From the human T2T-CHM13v2.0 reference genome, Homo sapiens, in assembly GCF_009914755.1 (NCBI RefSeq), contig NC_060936.1: a stretch of 64,000 bases of DNA; one strand, written 5' to 3'. A program made the position numbers and the translations under genes. The stretch's first letter is position 1. Every line of letters starts with the position of its first letter. Positions 1 through 15,685 of the stretch are shown one piece after another. Under the pieces are notes generated by a model. It was not told the DNA's origin and made no database searches. It was given only the letters and a program-made list of their open reading frames with translations.

Positions 1-2529
1 TTGGTCTCTCTCTTCTGCTGTTAATACTTGTGATTGCATTGTGACATTCTTGTGTTTTTCAGCTCTATCAGATCAGTTAGGTTCTTTTTTATACTGGCTA
101 TTTCATCTGTCAGTGCCTGTATCGTTTTATTGTGATTCTTAGATTCCTTGGATTGGGTTTTGCCATTCTCCTGAATCTTGATTATCTTCATGCCTATTCA
201 TATTCTGAATTCTATTTGTGTCACTTCAGCCAACTCAGCCTGGTTAAGAACCCTTGTTGGAGAACTAGTGGCCATTTGACACTCCGACCATCTGTGTTGC
301 TAGAGTTCTTCCGTTGATTCCTTCTGTCTGATGGTTCCATCTCTGCGTGGGGGTGTTCCTTTAACTGCTGGGCTGCCTCTGATTGAAGTGGTCAGGCAAG
401 CTCAGGGTAGTTGTGCTACAGTTCCAGGTTGGGTGACCCTGCCCAGGGAGGAGAAGTGAGGACTGGGACTTGCATAGAGAACAGTCTGGCCACTTTTCTG
501 AGGTAGGTGCTTTGTGTTGGGCATCCGTACCAGCCCCTGGTCCCCACAGACTCTCCAGAACCTGGAGACAGTAAGAGTGAGGGCTACAAGACAGCAAAGA
601 TGGCAACCCATCCCTCCCACTAGGAGCTCTGTCCCAGACAGTAACAGAGCTGCTACTGGCTGGATGGCCCTGGTGGGGATGGCTGGAGATTCAGGTTGGG
701 AGGACGTGCTCAGTGAGGAGATATAGAATCAAGGACCCAAATAACAGTCTGGCCACTTTTCCATAGGGCTGCTACAGTATGCTGGGGGTCTGCTCCAATC
801 CCTTTTCATCTTAAATTTTCCAGTACCTGAAGATATCAACAAGGAAGTCTGTGAAACAGCAAAGATGGAGGACTGCCTTCTCTCTGGGAACTCTGTCCCA
901 GGGAGGCACGGACCTGTTGCTGGCAGAACACACTAACAGGAGGTGGCTAGAGACCTCGGTTGGGAGATCCTACCTAGTGAGGAGTAACAGGATCAGGGAC
1001 CCACATACAAAAGCCGTCTAGCTTTTTCCATAGGGTAGCCATGCTTTGCTAGGGGTCCACTCCAGCCGCTAATCACCTCAGACTCTCTAAAGCCTGAAGA
1101 CAACAGCTAAGGCTGCTAAACAGCAGAAGTGGTGGTCCACCCCTCTCTTTGGGAGCTCTGTTCCAGGGAGGTTTGAAACTGTTGCTAGCCAAAAAACACT
1201 GGTGCAGGTGGCTGGAAACCCTGGTCAAAAGGTCCTGTCCACTGAGGAGGAATGGGATTAGGGATTCAAGTAAAAAAGCAGTCTGGCCACTTTTTCATAG
1301 AGCAGTTGTGCTGTGAGGGGGTACCTCGAGAACAGTTGCTTCAGACTCTCCAAATCCCAAAGGCAAAGAGATAAGGCTGCAAAACAGCAAAGCTGGCACC
1401 CTGCCCCTCTCTCTGGGAGAGCCATTCCAGGGAGGTTTGAAACTGCTGCTGGCCAGAAAACACTGGTTGGGGTATGGTTGTAGACCTCAGTCGGGAGATC
1501 CCACCCAGTGAGGAGAAATGAGATCCAGGAGCCACATGAGGAAGCAGCCTGACCACTTCTCCTTAGAGCTGCTGCTCTGTACCAGGGGATCACTCCAGTC
1601 CCTAACCAACTCAGACTCCCTAGAGCCCAAAGGCAACAATGGCTAAGAATGTGAAACATCAAAGATGACAGCCCCATCCCTCCCCCTGGGAACTCTGTCC
1701 CAGGGTGGCTTGGAACCACTGCCAGCTGGAAAACACCAACAAGGGTGACTAGTGACCCTGGTCGGGAGGTCCCCCACCCATTGAAAAGCAGGGTCTGGGA
1801 CCTGCATAAAAAAGCAGTCTGGATGCTTTTCCATAGGGTGGCTGCAATGAAGGCAATAGCTAAGGCTACAAAACAGCAAAGATGGCAGCCCACCCCTCCC
1901 TCTGGGAGCTCCATCTCAGAGAGGTGTAACACTGCTACCAGTGGCTGGCTAGAGTTCCAAGCCAGTGGGTCTTATCCTGCAAGGTGCCATGGTAGTGGGG
2001 CCTGCAGACTGTCACTGCTCTATCCCCTGTATACAGCCTCTTTCCTAGGGGTATGTACAGGGGTCTAACGTCCTGCTTGGCTGGAGTTGCAGTTGCTTTT
2101 GATGGGAAACCTGGGTATCTAAAGCTCCCAGGGCTCTACGTGTATCTGAGCGGCTGCATTGCTGAGACTCCACATAATTCTGTGTAACAGGCTGCAGACC
2201 CTGGTGGAGTGGGCTCACAAGGGGATCTCCTGACCTGTGGGTTGCAAAGATCCAAGGGAGAAGCGTGGGTCGCTGGGGTCACTCACTCACTCACCACTTC
2301 CCTGGGAAGAGGAGGCTCCTCTGGCTCTGTGTCACTCCCAAGTGGATGACTGTCCTGATTGCTCTTCTCCATTCTTTCTGGGTCAAGTTGTTTTCTTGAT
2401 GAATCCCAATGCGTGTACCTGGATGCTTCAGTTGAAGGTGCTGTATTTACTTACTCCTTCTATTTCTCTCCATGAAAGTGGCACACACCAGCTGCTTCTA
2501 GTTGGCCATCTTGACCAGCCTCCCCCTCC
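1..2529 (-). mobile_element. Old primate L1 (L1PA13-17/L1PB-like), 5'UTR plus start of ORF1 region
   Basis: Minus-strand terminus GGAGGGGGAGGCTGGTCAAGATGGCCAACTAGAAGCAGCT is a typical L1 5' end with YY1 motif (gccatcttg at 2505-2513); ORF1-like sequence near position 1; subfamily not certain. Confidence 0.8.
480..1950. repeat. Diverged tandem array, about 6 x 265 bp, in the L1 5'UTR
   Basis: Anchor cagtctggccactttt and variants at 482, 745, 1014, 1279, 1545, 1815 (spacings 263-270). Confidence 0.9.
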
Positions 2530-3600
2530 ATTTCTTTTTCTTGCCTTATTACACTAACTAGAACCTCCGATAAAATATTAAACAAAATGGTGATAGTAGA
2601 CATCTGTTCCTGACCTTGGGTAAGTAAGGGGAAGCAGTCAATATTTTTAATCAGTAAGTATGATGTTAGCTGCAGAATTTTTATAGATACCATTTATAAG
2701 ATTGAAAATTCCCTTCTGTTCCCAGTTTGGCAAAAGTTTTTATCATGAATGGGTACTGAATGTTGTCAAATTATGTTTCACACTAGAGATCACAATAGTT
2801 TTCCTTCTTTGTTCTGTTAGGGTGTTGAATTACACTGAACAATTTTGCATGTTAAGCCACCTATATTCCCAGAATAAAACCTAAATGCTCATGCTATATT
2901 ATCATTTTTCTATATCACTAAATTCAGTTTGCTAATATTTAAGATTTTTACATGTTTATAATGCAATTTTTCTTATATTGATTCTATCAGGTTCTAATCT
3001 CATAAGTGGAGATGTGTTTCCTCCTTTTCTATCATCTGGAAGAGTTTGCGTTAAGATTAGTATTAATTCTTCCTTAAGTATTTGGAATAATTTACCAGTG
3101 AAGCCAAATGAGGCATTTCTTTGTGGAAGGTTTTTAACTAAAGATTTCATTTCATTAATAGATACAGGACTATCCAAATGACCTAATTCTTCTTGTATTA
3201 GGTTTAAGATGTTCTTAAAGAAATGTATTCATTTATTCTAAATTGCATGATTAATTAGCATAATAGTTTTTATACTATTCCTTTTGTTTTAATATCTATA
3301 TGCAGATAGTTAATATCTATAGATAGATATCCCTTTTTTCATTCACTACATTGTTCATTTGTGGCTCTAATCTCATCTCATCTACTTTGTGGGGAGTCTG
3401 AGGACAATCAGTCTTGCCAAGGCTTTATCAATTTCGTAATCTTTTTAAAACCAACTCTTGGCATTTCTATTTTCCTCACTGTACATCTTCTGTCTCTGTC
3501 ACTGATTTGTGCTCATCTCTTGATGATGGTGATGTTGTTTGCTATTAAATCTATCCATTGAGTTAATTATTGTTATTGTATTTTTTTAGTTCTAAACTCA
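2530..3600 (-). mobile_element. Older L1M ORF2 fragment
   Basis: Degenerate ORF2-like peptides in ORFs 2460..2693 (TILFNILSEVLVSVIRQEKEM) and 2956..3177 (GFTGKLFQILKEELILIL). Confidence 0.75.
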
Positions 3601-3649
3601 TCTTTTTTAGTGCTGATCTGTAACCTGGACGACTAAAACATGGTTTCCC

Positions 3650-4525
3650 TGACTCCTATTCTGCCCCTCTACACAACAGCCAGAGATTCTTCAAAAATGT
3701 AATTCAGATATCACTTCTCAATTCAAAAACCTCCAGTGTGTTCCTACCTTAACTGAGAATAAAAGCTGAAGTCATGGCATAAATTTGGCCTCCTACTATA
3801 CCTCTTTCTATTCTAGCTCCCTGGGCCTCCTGTGTTCCCTCAACATACCAAGCAGATTCCTGCCTCTCTTGTACTTGCTATTCCCTCTGGAACACCCTTA
3901 CCTTACATATAACAACATGGCATCCTCCCTCCTTTCCTTCAGTCTCTGCTCAAATGTTACCTTACCAGAGAAGCCTTGCCTGACCACCTACATAAAACAG
4001 CACCCCCTACTCCTGTCAATTTTCTCTCCCTTTTTTTTTTTTTGAGATGGAGTCTTGCTGTGCTGCCCAGGCTGGAATGTGCTGCCACCATCTCCGCTCA
4101 CTGCAACCTCTGCCTCCAGGGTTCAAGCAATTCTCCCTGCCTTAGCCCCCTGACTAGCTGGGATTACAGGCACCCGCCACCATGCCCGGCTAATTTTTGT
4201 AGTTTTAGTAGAGATGGGGTTTCCCCATGTTGGCCAGGCTGGTCTCAAACTCCTGACCTCAGGTGATCTGTCCGCCTTGGCCTCCCAAAGTGCTGGGATT
4301 ACAGGCGTGAGTCACCGCACCCAGCCTACTCCTGTCAATTTTCCTCTTAGTACTCACCTCCACCTGATAGTATTTCTTTCTTTATTCTATGTCTCCTAAC
4401 AAACTACAATGTAAACTCCATGGTGCAGGGTCTTTGTTTACTTCTGTATTCCAGTGAATGAGTAAGTACCTGATACATAACAGATGCTTAACAGATATGT
4501 TGAGTAAATTGGATAAATGAATACA
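3650..4525 (+). mobile_element. L2 3' fragment interrupted by an Alu
   Basis: L2-like motifs ctctgctcaaatgttacc, ccttgcctgaccacc and a tgaat-type tail. Confidence 0.6.
4031..4326 (-). mobile_element. AluS
   Basis: Full dimer, poly-T at left, TSD ctactcctgtcaattttc. Confidence 0.95.
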
Positions 4526-4649
4526 GATAAACCTCGTAGGGAAGACAGTCTGACCAAGGATGTTAGTAATAGGAATGAAAAGAAATATGGGGTGGGGGAA
4601 AATTTGAGAGGCATCATAAAGGAAGAATTCATAGGCTTTATGAGTTCTT

Positions 4650-5842
4650 ATTTTAGGTTGAATAATGTCTCCCAAAAATTCATGGGCACCCAGAATGTGA
4701 CTGTGGTATAAGAAGAAATATATTTGGTCTTTGTACCCAGATCCTGGTACAAAGCTGCTAAGACCTATGGAATTGTATAAGTGATAGGAGTGGTTTTTGT
4801 ATAATTCTTAGCAAGTCCCCTTCAATCATACCTGAGTTGATGTTAATGAGGTAACTTAGAGTTGAGGTCCCTAGATAGCCTAAGGATGGGGGCTGGTCAC
4901 CAGAAAGACCAAGTGATTAGATGGTGAATGCTTTCAGGTTCACTCCCCTGACCCGTAAGAAGGGGAGGGGGCTGGAAACTCTTCAACAATGAGATTTTGA
5001 GAGCTTCCGGGCTGGTGACCACATTGACTTGCTGGGAGGGTGGCTCACACAGAGAGGGCATGGAGGCTCTGCACCACAATCCCCGACCCCCAACACCTTG
5101 CCCAATGCATTTCTCCCATTTGGCTATTCCTGACTTTTATCCTTTACAATAAACTGGTAAATATAGTGTTTTCCTGAATTTTGTGAGCCATTCTAGCAAA
5201 TTATCAAACTGGAGGAGGGGGTCATGGGAACCCCTAAGTTAGTCAGTCAGAATATAGGTGACTCAGACTTGCAACTGGTGTCTGCAGTTGGGGCAGTCTT
5301 GTGGGACTGAGCCGTTTAACTTGTGGGATCTGACTCTAACTCCAGGTAGATAGTTTCAGAATTGAATTTTTGGACACCTGGTTGGTATCCAGAGAACAAA
5401 GAAATGATTGCTGGTATTGGAAAACACCCTAGAGTAACCTTATTTGGAAATAGGGTCTACAAATGTAATCAAGTTAAGATGAAGTTAGATTGGATTCGAG
5501 TGGGCCCTAAATCCACTATGACTGGTGTCCTTACATAACAGGAGTGAAATCTGGACACAGAGCTACAGATACACAGGGAGACCATCATGTAAAGACAAGG
5601 CAGAGACCAGAGTGATGTGCCTGTCTAAAACCCAAGAACTCCAAGGATTACCAGCAACTACCAGAAGCTACACAAGGGGCATGAAAAAAGATCCTCCTCC
5701 AGAGCCTTTTGAAGAAGGATGCTCCTGCTGGCACTCTGACTGTAGATTTCTAGGCTCCAGAACTGTGAGAGAATAAGCTTTTGTTGTTTTAAGCCACAAG
5801 GTTTGTGGTAATTTGTCATAGCAGCCCTAGGAAACTAATATA
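4650..5842 (+). mobile_element. MLT1 (MaLR) LTR split by a MER21-type LTR (about 4702-5430)
   Basis: MLT1 start ...cccagaatgtgac resumes at accttatttggaaatagggtc and ends gcagccctaggaaactaata; the insert starts tgtggtataagaagaaatatatttggtctttg. Confidence 0.7.
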
Positions 5843-8129
5843 GTGCCTGACTAAATTTGGAGATAAGGCAGACCTCAGGATGAATCACAGGTTTGAAGCC
5901 TAAGTGACTGGAAGAATAACTTCTACTGAAAGAAATGCAAAGTCCAGAGGTAAAATTAGTGGAAAGGAATGATTCTAATTTTTACTTGAGTGGTCCAACA
6001 CAATCACAGGATAGTCAAATCGATGCCTTAGTGTTATAAACAATATGACACAAAGGACTAATAGAACAATTAAAACAATATAGATATAAGAATTAAGGCT
6101 GGGATTCCCCTTTTACCACCCTCTAGTCAAATCCAATTAACTTTTTTTCAATGATCATGTTAATGACCATTTATCTTTGATAACTTTCTTTACCTTTGGT
6201 TCCCATAACATCACAATATAGCTTCTACCTCTGTTCACCACCACACCTAGCTCCTCGTTCTAAGTAAACTTAGTATTCTTCAGTGATCTGCAAAATCCTG
6301 AGTTTCTAATTATATTTCTCTAATTTGAATTATTCATCTCTGTACTTCACATTCTATTATTTCTAGTTACCTATATAATATCTTTACTTAAGAGTCTACG
6401 TCATGTCTACATGGATGCACTGCCATCATTTCCTATCTGACATGTGTTTTTTATCTTTCTACTCAACTGACATTCTTCAATCCATTATCATAACTCCACT
6501 TACATCTTCTCACAGCTAAAATACTTCATAGTTTTCTTTCTTATTTACCAATATATTCTGCAATTATTTTTTCCTTTGGAATACCTCTGGCAGTCACGCT
6601 TTACCTTCATTCCTATATTCCAAGCCCCAATTCTAGACTTCTTACCTCACTTTAAGTTTACTATAACAGCTTCCTAACTGGTCTCCTTGTCTTCAGACTT
6701 TTGTCTGTCTAGCACAGTGGTTCTCAAACTTTAGAGTCCACATAAATCACCCAGGAGTGACTAGTGGGATTATTTAGGTGTTTCTTGCATGTTATCTTAT
6801 TTCTCCAGCAAGATTATATAGTTATCAAAGCCAAGGAGTAATCATGGCTTCTATTTCTCCCCAGTGTATAGTGTAATCTAGGCCACACAACATATTCAAT
6901 CAGATATTTTGCAACTTCAAGACTATGATTCATCTCTTTTTTGAAAACATTCATAATAGTATCTGACCAAGAATTATTTCAGAGACGTATACCTTAGAAT
7001 AAAATTAACAAGTTGTCATTTCAGGTTCCTCAAGAAAAAAGAAAAAAACCCAACTCACTGTGTTCACTTCAAGAGATCTCTCTTCAATGGGGGTGGGGGG
7101 AATACACTCTCTCTGTATGTATCAGTCACAGAAGGGCATCCCAACTCAAGATCCTGTTCAAGCTTTTCCAAACAAATCAACACAACAAAACATCATTTAC
7201 ACCAAAGACTACTTAAAAACAGCAGAAATGACAATCTCTGTGCTCAGGAGCTTGGAGCTCTGAGTAAACACAGACGGCAGCGAGCCATCTTACCCAGCCT
7301 CAGGGAAAAAAGAACTTTTCACAGGAAAGCAACTCCAAAGGATTATTTCTGCACTGGGTTCATAATTTGTGACTTTTGTTACATCTTACGGCAAAAAATG
7401 CTATGACTTTTGGCATTAAAGAATCTAAGAAGTCTGTTGCACTCTTATGAATTATATTTATGTAATCTGATAGCCAAAATGGTCAAATAGAAGCATTATC
7501 TTTAACTTGAATGGGAAAAGGGTATGAGTTAAATTAATTTACAGTGATTATTCTGACATAAGAAACGACTCATATGGACCATAGCTATATTAAGCGAAAA
7601 GTTGTAAAGTATTTGGAATCAAGGAAAGTAGGAAATTAAAGCCTAACAGCGCAGTGGAAAGAGCACCAGACTGAGAACAGAAACATGTAGATTTTAGTCA
7701 ACTTTTGATTCTTACTAGTTAAGTAATCTTGGGTACCTCCTACTTTAGGTTGCTAACTTGTAAAAGCTATTTGAATGCTAAGATCCCTTCCAGTCCTAAA
7801 ATTATACATAGTTATATACTTTTTAATTGTATTTCTAAGTTACACATGATGTTTTTCTATTTTAATTGATGTAAACTTGTAAGCTCCTAGGGCAGTGTCC
7901 CACATAGTAGGACAATTCTAGGTCATAATCATTCACTGAATTGACCTTAACAATTTCACTATGACTTAAATCACAATCCATAGATCACATTTTAAAAAGT
8001 AAAATGACTATCTACTATCTTCACACTCATCATCTGGTAGACATTTCAGTAGAAAAAAAAATTCATCCTGTCACAATACTAATGAAATGTTACTTTGTAG
8101 TGTTTTGGGGTTTTTTTGTTTAATTATTA

Positions 8130-8320
8130 TTTTTTTTTGAGATAGGGTCTTGCTGTGTCATCCAGGCTGGAGGGCAGTGGTGCCATCACAGCTCTTTGCA
8201 ATCTTGAACTCCTGGGCTCAAGCAATCCTCCCACCTCAGCCTTCCAAGTAGCTGGGACTACAAGCATGTGCCACCATGCACAGTTTTTTCATGTTTTATA
8301 GAGATGGGGTCTGGCTATAT
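8130..8320 (-). mobile_element. AluJ/FRAM fragment
   Basis: Monomer-length old Alu sequence. Confidence 0.8.
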
Positions 8321-9126
8321 TTTGTAGATTTTTAAAAATATAACCTCCTCCACTCCTTCTGGTATACTTATGATTAGCTGATAATCTCACCACTGGGTGT
8401 CACTTTTGCTTCAAAAGAATTCAACCCAAACTAACCTTAATAATTAGAATTTGATCTGTAAGATACTTATTCCTAAAGCCTCAAAATTTAGCTCTTAAAA
8501 TTTCTTGCTGTAACACGGCTTCAGATGTTTCTAGGCTTCAAACACAGTGCAAACAAAAATCAGTAGGATTTCTGAGTTCATAGGTCATAAAACAATCCTC
8601 TGAAATCCCATTAATATTCATACACTTTTCAGTACCTACATCGACAGAAAGGAAGAAAAGTGACATATACAGAAAAACAAACAAGTGTGCATATTTGGGT
8701 ATAAAACACTGGGATCCCTATATAATAAATGCTGTTTTTCCAATAATACTACTTCTAGCATTATGAGAAGATAAAAGTAATATTCAGAGACCAAGAAAGT
8801 AGAGAAGGAATGACTTTTAGACTACTCATATTGTCACTCCAACCATCAGCAACATTTGGCAGTGATATCCAATTACATAAAAAGGGGTCTAGGAACTGCT
8901 GTGTGGTTTTCAAATTCAGAATAACTGAACGATCTACAGTTATTTTCTCTTATCCAAATATAAACAGTTAACCTTTCCAATAAACAGATATTAAGATAAT
9001 GGTTCCTGCACCTAGAAGCATTTTCCTCTCACCTCAGATCTTCTCTCCTCTCCACAACAAATGCTACTATTAGGGGAATTTATCAAATGAAGACAACTCA
9101 AATCATTTGTGGGACTTTACATATAA

Positions 9127-9149
9127 CACGCACACACACACACACACAC
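9127..9149. repeat. (CA)n microsatellite
   Basis: Seen directly. Confidence 0.85.
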
Positions 9150-9862
9150 TTTATCATGTCCCTCCTCTTCCTCTAATCCTGTTGAAAAGATTACCATGTC
9201 CTTCCCCTCCCTTAATCACCACCATAAGTCATGGTTACTAATGGGACCTGTTATATTATTCTTGGGTTTGCTGAAATAGAAAAAAGTTGTAAGTCACTGA
9301 TTTAGAAGATCCATCTAGATACATTATTTCCATGATGCCCTGGATTGTTTCCAAGAAAACAAAGTTAGGTTCTGGAGAAAAGTATGCCTGCAAAGGTAAA
9401 ACTTAAAAAGGATCACAATGCTGTGGGAACTCCTGTGGCAGTTTCAGAAACCAAGGGAGTCCCATTTCCTCCTGCTGGAGCAAAGAAATACTTGCTCTTG
9501 TATTTCTGAATTGGAAACAAAAAAGCCTTTTAACCACAAAAGCAATAAAACAGATATTAGGTATAAATGAAACAAGCTTAATCACACTATAATTTAACTG
9601 GAGAATGTGTTAAATATGACTTCCATGGGATGGCCTGGAAACTATCACTCTGAAAAACACCTTCTGTATGGAAAAATGCATGTCAGCTCAAAACAACTGA
9701 CTTACATACAAAATTTAGAAACAAACCTGCTGGACAGTTTGGATTTTCCCAATTTATTTCTGCAAGGTTGACAGCAAAATGTCATGCTTATATATCAAAT
9801 TAAACATATCACTAAAATCTCAGATTCAACTATATACTTTATTCTCCTATAAGAGTTTATTA

Positions 9863-10524
<662 letters not shown>

Positions 10525-10537
10525 AGAGATCACTTTA

Positions 10538-10786
<249 letters not shown>

Positions 10787-10849
10787 TTAATTATCCAACT
10801 GCAGGCCCTCCTGTATGGCCACTTGTTTGGAAATCCCACCATTACTGAG

Positions 10850-11030
10850 CACTTCCTATGAATAAGGCACTGGACTTAGAAAACTATGTGTTCTTTACAA
10901 AAATCCTGAGTTAGGTATTTCTGTCACCTTTATACTTCTGTCCATTTTATAAATGAGGAAACTGAGGATTAGAGCAGTTAACGAACTTAAGGGCTCACAT
11001 CTAGTTAATGGCAAGACAAACACTTGATAA
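10850..11030. mobile_element. MIR fragment
   Basis: Core ccattttataaatgaggaaactgagg. Confidence 0.7.
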
Positions 11031-12333
11031 CCAGATGTGAAGTATAATAACCATCAAACTACAAATATCTGTCCTCATAAATTTGGTTTAAGAAAATCAA
11101 GCCTGGTATCAAATCTTAATGCAGTATGTCTTCTGACTAGAGTAAAATGCATATAAATGATATCTTAAAATAACATCATAACAACTTATATTTTTAAAGC
11201 TATTCTGCATACTTTATATGATTTTTTTAGTATTCTTACTATAGGCAGTACTAATGAAAATAACAAACCCTGAGAAGTTAGATTACTTGCCTAAGGTCAT
11301 ACAAGATTTTAAGTATCTTAGCTGGAACTAAAATCACATTCCATTGACCCTTAGTTCAGCTATTTTCTTCTATGAAATTCTATGAATATTATTTAGAAAC
11401 CAATGATTAATTACTTAAATTTGCTAGCTATACTGTCATTAGAATTATTAAGCTCATTTCAATCAAACACTTGAGAAATCCAAGCACATGTTTCTGTTTT
11501 TTACAAAATAAAAGAAAAATAAGTTGGATCAACTGAAATGTCACATGCTATGGACATTTATCTTGCTTACTTCCTTTTCTTGAAATTCAACCCCATATAA
11601 AAAAGCATGGACAAACCTTTGAATATGTAATAATAGAAAAACTGAAGAAATACAGTTTTATGTGGCATGGTGGCCTTCAGAAGAAGAAATTTGAAAAGAA
11701 TAATGTTTTGTAGATTAAAATAAAAACTTACTTACAAGGCCAACATGTTATAAAGACAAAGCAAATACAAAATAGTACAGTGTTCTACCACATCTAAACA
11801 AATTTTTCCAGAGGATATAAGATCTTGAACATCACCACAATCATTTTATCCCTACCAGTTTTACTCCATACTGTCTACTAGTAACAAATTTTAAGACCAA
11901 AAAAAAAAAAAAAAAAAACAAATAAATTAGCTTTTCAAAGAAAATCCAAGATAGTTCTAATTCAAGGAATTAAGTTTTGCACATCAAAAACAAAACAAAA
12001 AACCCATTCTGTTCTCTGGCATTCAGAAGAATAGATTTTTGAAGAAATGTTTTGGTTTAATCAATGAATAAAAAAAGTTTTCTTTGAGGTTTTTCAGAAT
12101 ACTATACTGTCAGAATTTTAATGTCTTAATTTTTTTAAAAACAATTCAAGAGTCAGTATAGTTCATTCTATAAAAACATAAAGTACATTATTACCTCAGT
12201 AGACCATTGTACACTATTAAAGTGTATTTGTAACTAGTTTCTAAAATATAATCAACATTGGAATCATTACTAAAATAAGTACATGTTATATAGAAAAAAG
12301 AAAAAATAGTTTGTACATAAAGAGCAAACTCTA

Positions 12334-12594
<261 letters not shown>

Positions 12595-14439
12595 TCAAGC
12601 TGGTGTGTCCTTGGAGATGACCCCTAAAGGAAATAACAAATAGCAGCACCCAGGAGCATTTCTTATTATAATCAGAGACTATCAAGAACTATATTCCTCA
12701 GTCACTGAGTCCCCTCCCTCTTCTTTCCAAAATATGCAGGCCAGGAGAGGTATTGGGAATGGAGAGAAGGGTTATCAGGGGGATTAGCAGTGAGATGAGA
12801 AAAGGGAATCCAGTGATTAGAGTGAGTCTCCTACCACTCTAGCCTTCTCCTCACCTCCTAGGAAAAAAAACTGATTTTAAAAGCAAGTCAGCTGGGAAAG
12901 CAGCTAAAAAAAAAAATCCATCCTCCTCTTCCCACATACCCTGAGATCAGCAACCTTCCAGAAGTTCTACTCTCCGAGCAATCAAAATTGTTCAGTGTAA
13001 ATGTGGGAAGGATCACTCCTCACATTGTTTTTAAAAGGTTTCCAAACCTTCTGTATGTCCAGTGCTGGGCAGAAGAAAGATGCTCTGGGAAATCTAATAA
13101 ATGCTATAGATTCCTTGGCCTCTACAGCCATTTACCAAACTACATAATGTCACTCACAGCTTTTTTTTTCCATCCCAATTTACCTTTATCTGGGAGTACT
13201 TTTTCTCATAAGAAGTCTAGTTACAGATTAACAGGCTAGAAAGATTCACACTCTTCTAAATTATATCCAAATCTCTTTATTTGGGACAGTTACACATACC
13301 TCCCCCACAAGCTATTTTACCAATTAGTAAACAATAAAAGTCCTTATTTTCCTTTCACTTCCTTTTATCTCTCTTAGCCATTTTCTGAAGACATTTCAAA
13401 GCAAAGACAGTCAAGAGACAGGGATCAAAAGAACCTATTATGAGATTCAAGGGTAAAAAGAAACAAGATTCTTATATAATAAACAAAATAAATGGGTAAT
13501 AATCTCATTACTTCCTAATGGTAACAAAACAATTCAGATAGGATTCTGAAGGTCCACAGAGCAATTTTTAGCAGAATAAAACTAAACGGTATGTCTCAGA
13601 TTTCTATTTTAGAATAAATTTATCCATGTAGAACTATTCACTCTTTATTTTTAACTGGAGTGGCAAATATTAAATCTGTATTACAGCTGCTTGAATAAGC
13701 AACCTTCAAAGAGCTTAATACCTCTCCATATGCATAGCATGACAGAAAGCCCAAATGCCAATGATACTAAATAACTTCTGAGTATCAAACGTTATGTCCA
13801 TCTAGTTAAGACTTAGAAACCATAACTGCACATGAAAAGCAGTACCAACTCGCATATGAGCATGAATTCTAAAAATGGAATCCTACTTCATAATTTATAG
13901 GGAAAAAAACAACAACAAAAAAGAAAATAGAATTCAGAAAAGATCACTCTTCCATGTTTTACCCAACTTTATACAAATCTTTCCTGAACCCAAATAACTT
14001 TAATTATAAACACAAATTTCCTTCCATAAATACAAATCTTGGATTTCATAGGGATATAGCAAAAAATACCTCATGATATAAAGTTACAAGTCAATCACAC
14101 AAGTAACTTAAAACCTGGATGATATTTCTATTGAGTTTTTAAAATTCTGAATATTAAAATACTGTCCTTATAACTGTAATTAAAAATTATCATGGGCCAC
14201 AGCATTTAATAAATAAATATATATATCTTAAGAATAATAGCAGTTAGCCAAAGAAGCTTATTAAAGTATAGAAGTTTAAACATTTTAAAACATTTTATCT
14301 TTACATATCACCTCCAACAATATGTTACCAATTGTGGTTAGATTCTAAAAATACTGATGGCAAAATTTTTTTAAAATTTGCAAAACATAAATTTAAAGAA
14401 GCACTTGAAAAAATAAAAGGAAAATCTTCGCTAAAATCA

Positions 14440-14580
<141 letters not shown>

Positions 14581-15685
14581 TTAAAGAGTCATTTTATTGA
14601 ATGCCTGTTTGACACCAGAGCACAAACACAACCAAAGATTGAGACTTCAAGAAATTAGGTTGTGTTCACGTATAACAAAAATGTAAAACAAATTACTGCT
14701 ATTGTGATAGGAAAATCTACAAACTAGGGGCATAGAGAGGATGAGAAATCAAGTCTGCCCAGGGGTACTGGGGAACGCTACATGGATAAAAACCTGACAG
14801 GTAGGATTTTGATATACATAAACAACAGCCTGAAAAAGTGGCCTTTCATGGAAAATTATAGAATGTGTTGCTAAGGTATCAGAAAGTAGTCTAGTTTAGG
14901 AGAGGCCAACTTACATCCATATAGTATTTTACAATTTGCAAAATTCTTTCAGACACACGCTACTTCATTTTCCTTCTAACAAGGCTACAGATTTAAAAGA
15001 AAACTAATACAACACACCATCCTGTATTCTATAAAATATCTTATGGAGCTTTTCATCCCTGAGATGAATGAATACTTACACATTTGCAGACTCTTCAAAG
15101 GGAATAATACATCTACAGCCAGAGCCTTAAAAAGCAGAGCAGCTCTAGTGACCAAATGAGTAACCTCATGAGGAAGACATTACACTAATTAGGTTTGGCA
15201 GGATAGGCCCTTCAGCCTCCTCCCTTTCAAAACTCTTCAAACGCCTATCTCAAATATAATTCACTTGGCACCTATTTATAGCTTGGTATTATTAGCATGT
15301 CTTATCTGCCCAAGTAGAATGTGTTTATCTAGACAACACTCTCAAGACCCTAGGTCTGTGCTTTAAACACAATAAGGACTCAATAAACATTTGTTGGCAG
15401 ACTGAACGAACCAACCCAAATCATGGATTAGCTGTTTAAATGTGTGAGATGATTGGATAATATAACATAAAAAACCTGAAGATATGACCCATTGCTTCCT
15501 GAGACGTTTACATACAAATGCCAGAAACGATAAATCTAAAGAGGGCCAGTCCTTTTCCTTTTGCTCCACCGTCAGTACCAGTCACATTCTTATTTCATAA
15601 TTCTAGCTACATGATTACTCATTCAAACTTTCTGTGCACTTCCTCCATTAAATGTTTATGAATGTTATCAACTGGGTGCCTTCTT

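Noticed and set aside
1258-1932. 224-aa ORF, the longest in the track
   Set aside because: Lies in the L1 5'UTR monomer array; its repeated peptide (CHLCC, PEGG) mirrors the DNA repeat, with no domain or gene structure
480-1950. Regularly spaced repeats as a CRISPR-like array
   Set aside because: Whole 265-bp units are homologous with no unique spacers; eukaryotic L1 context and no cas genes
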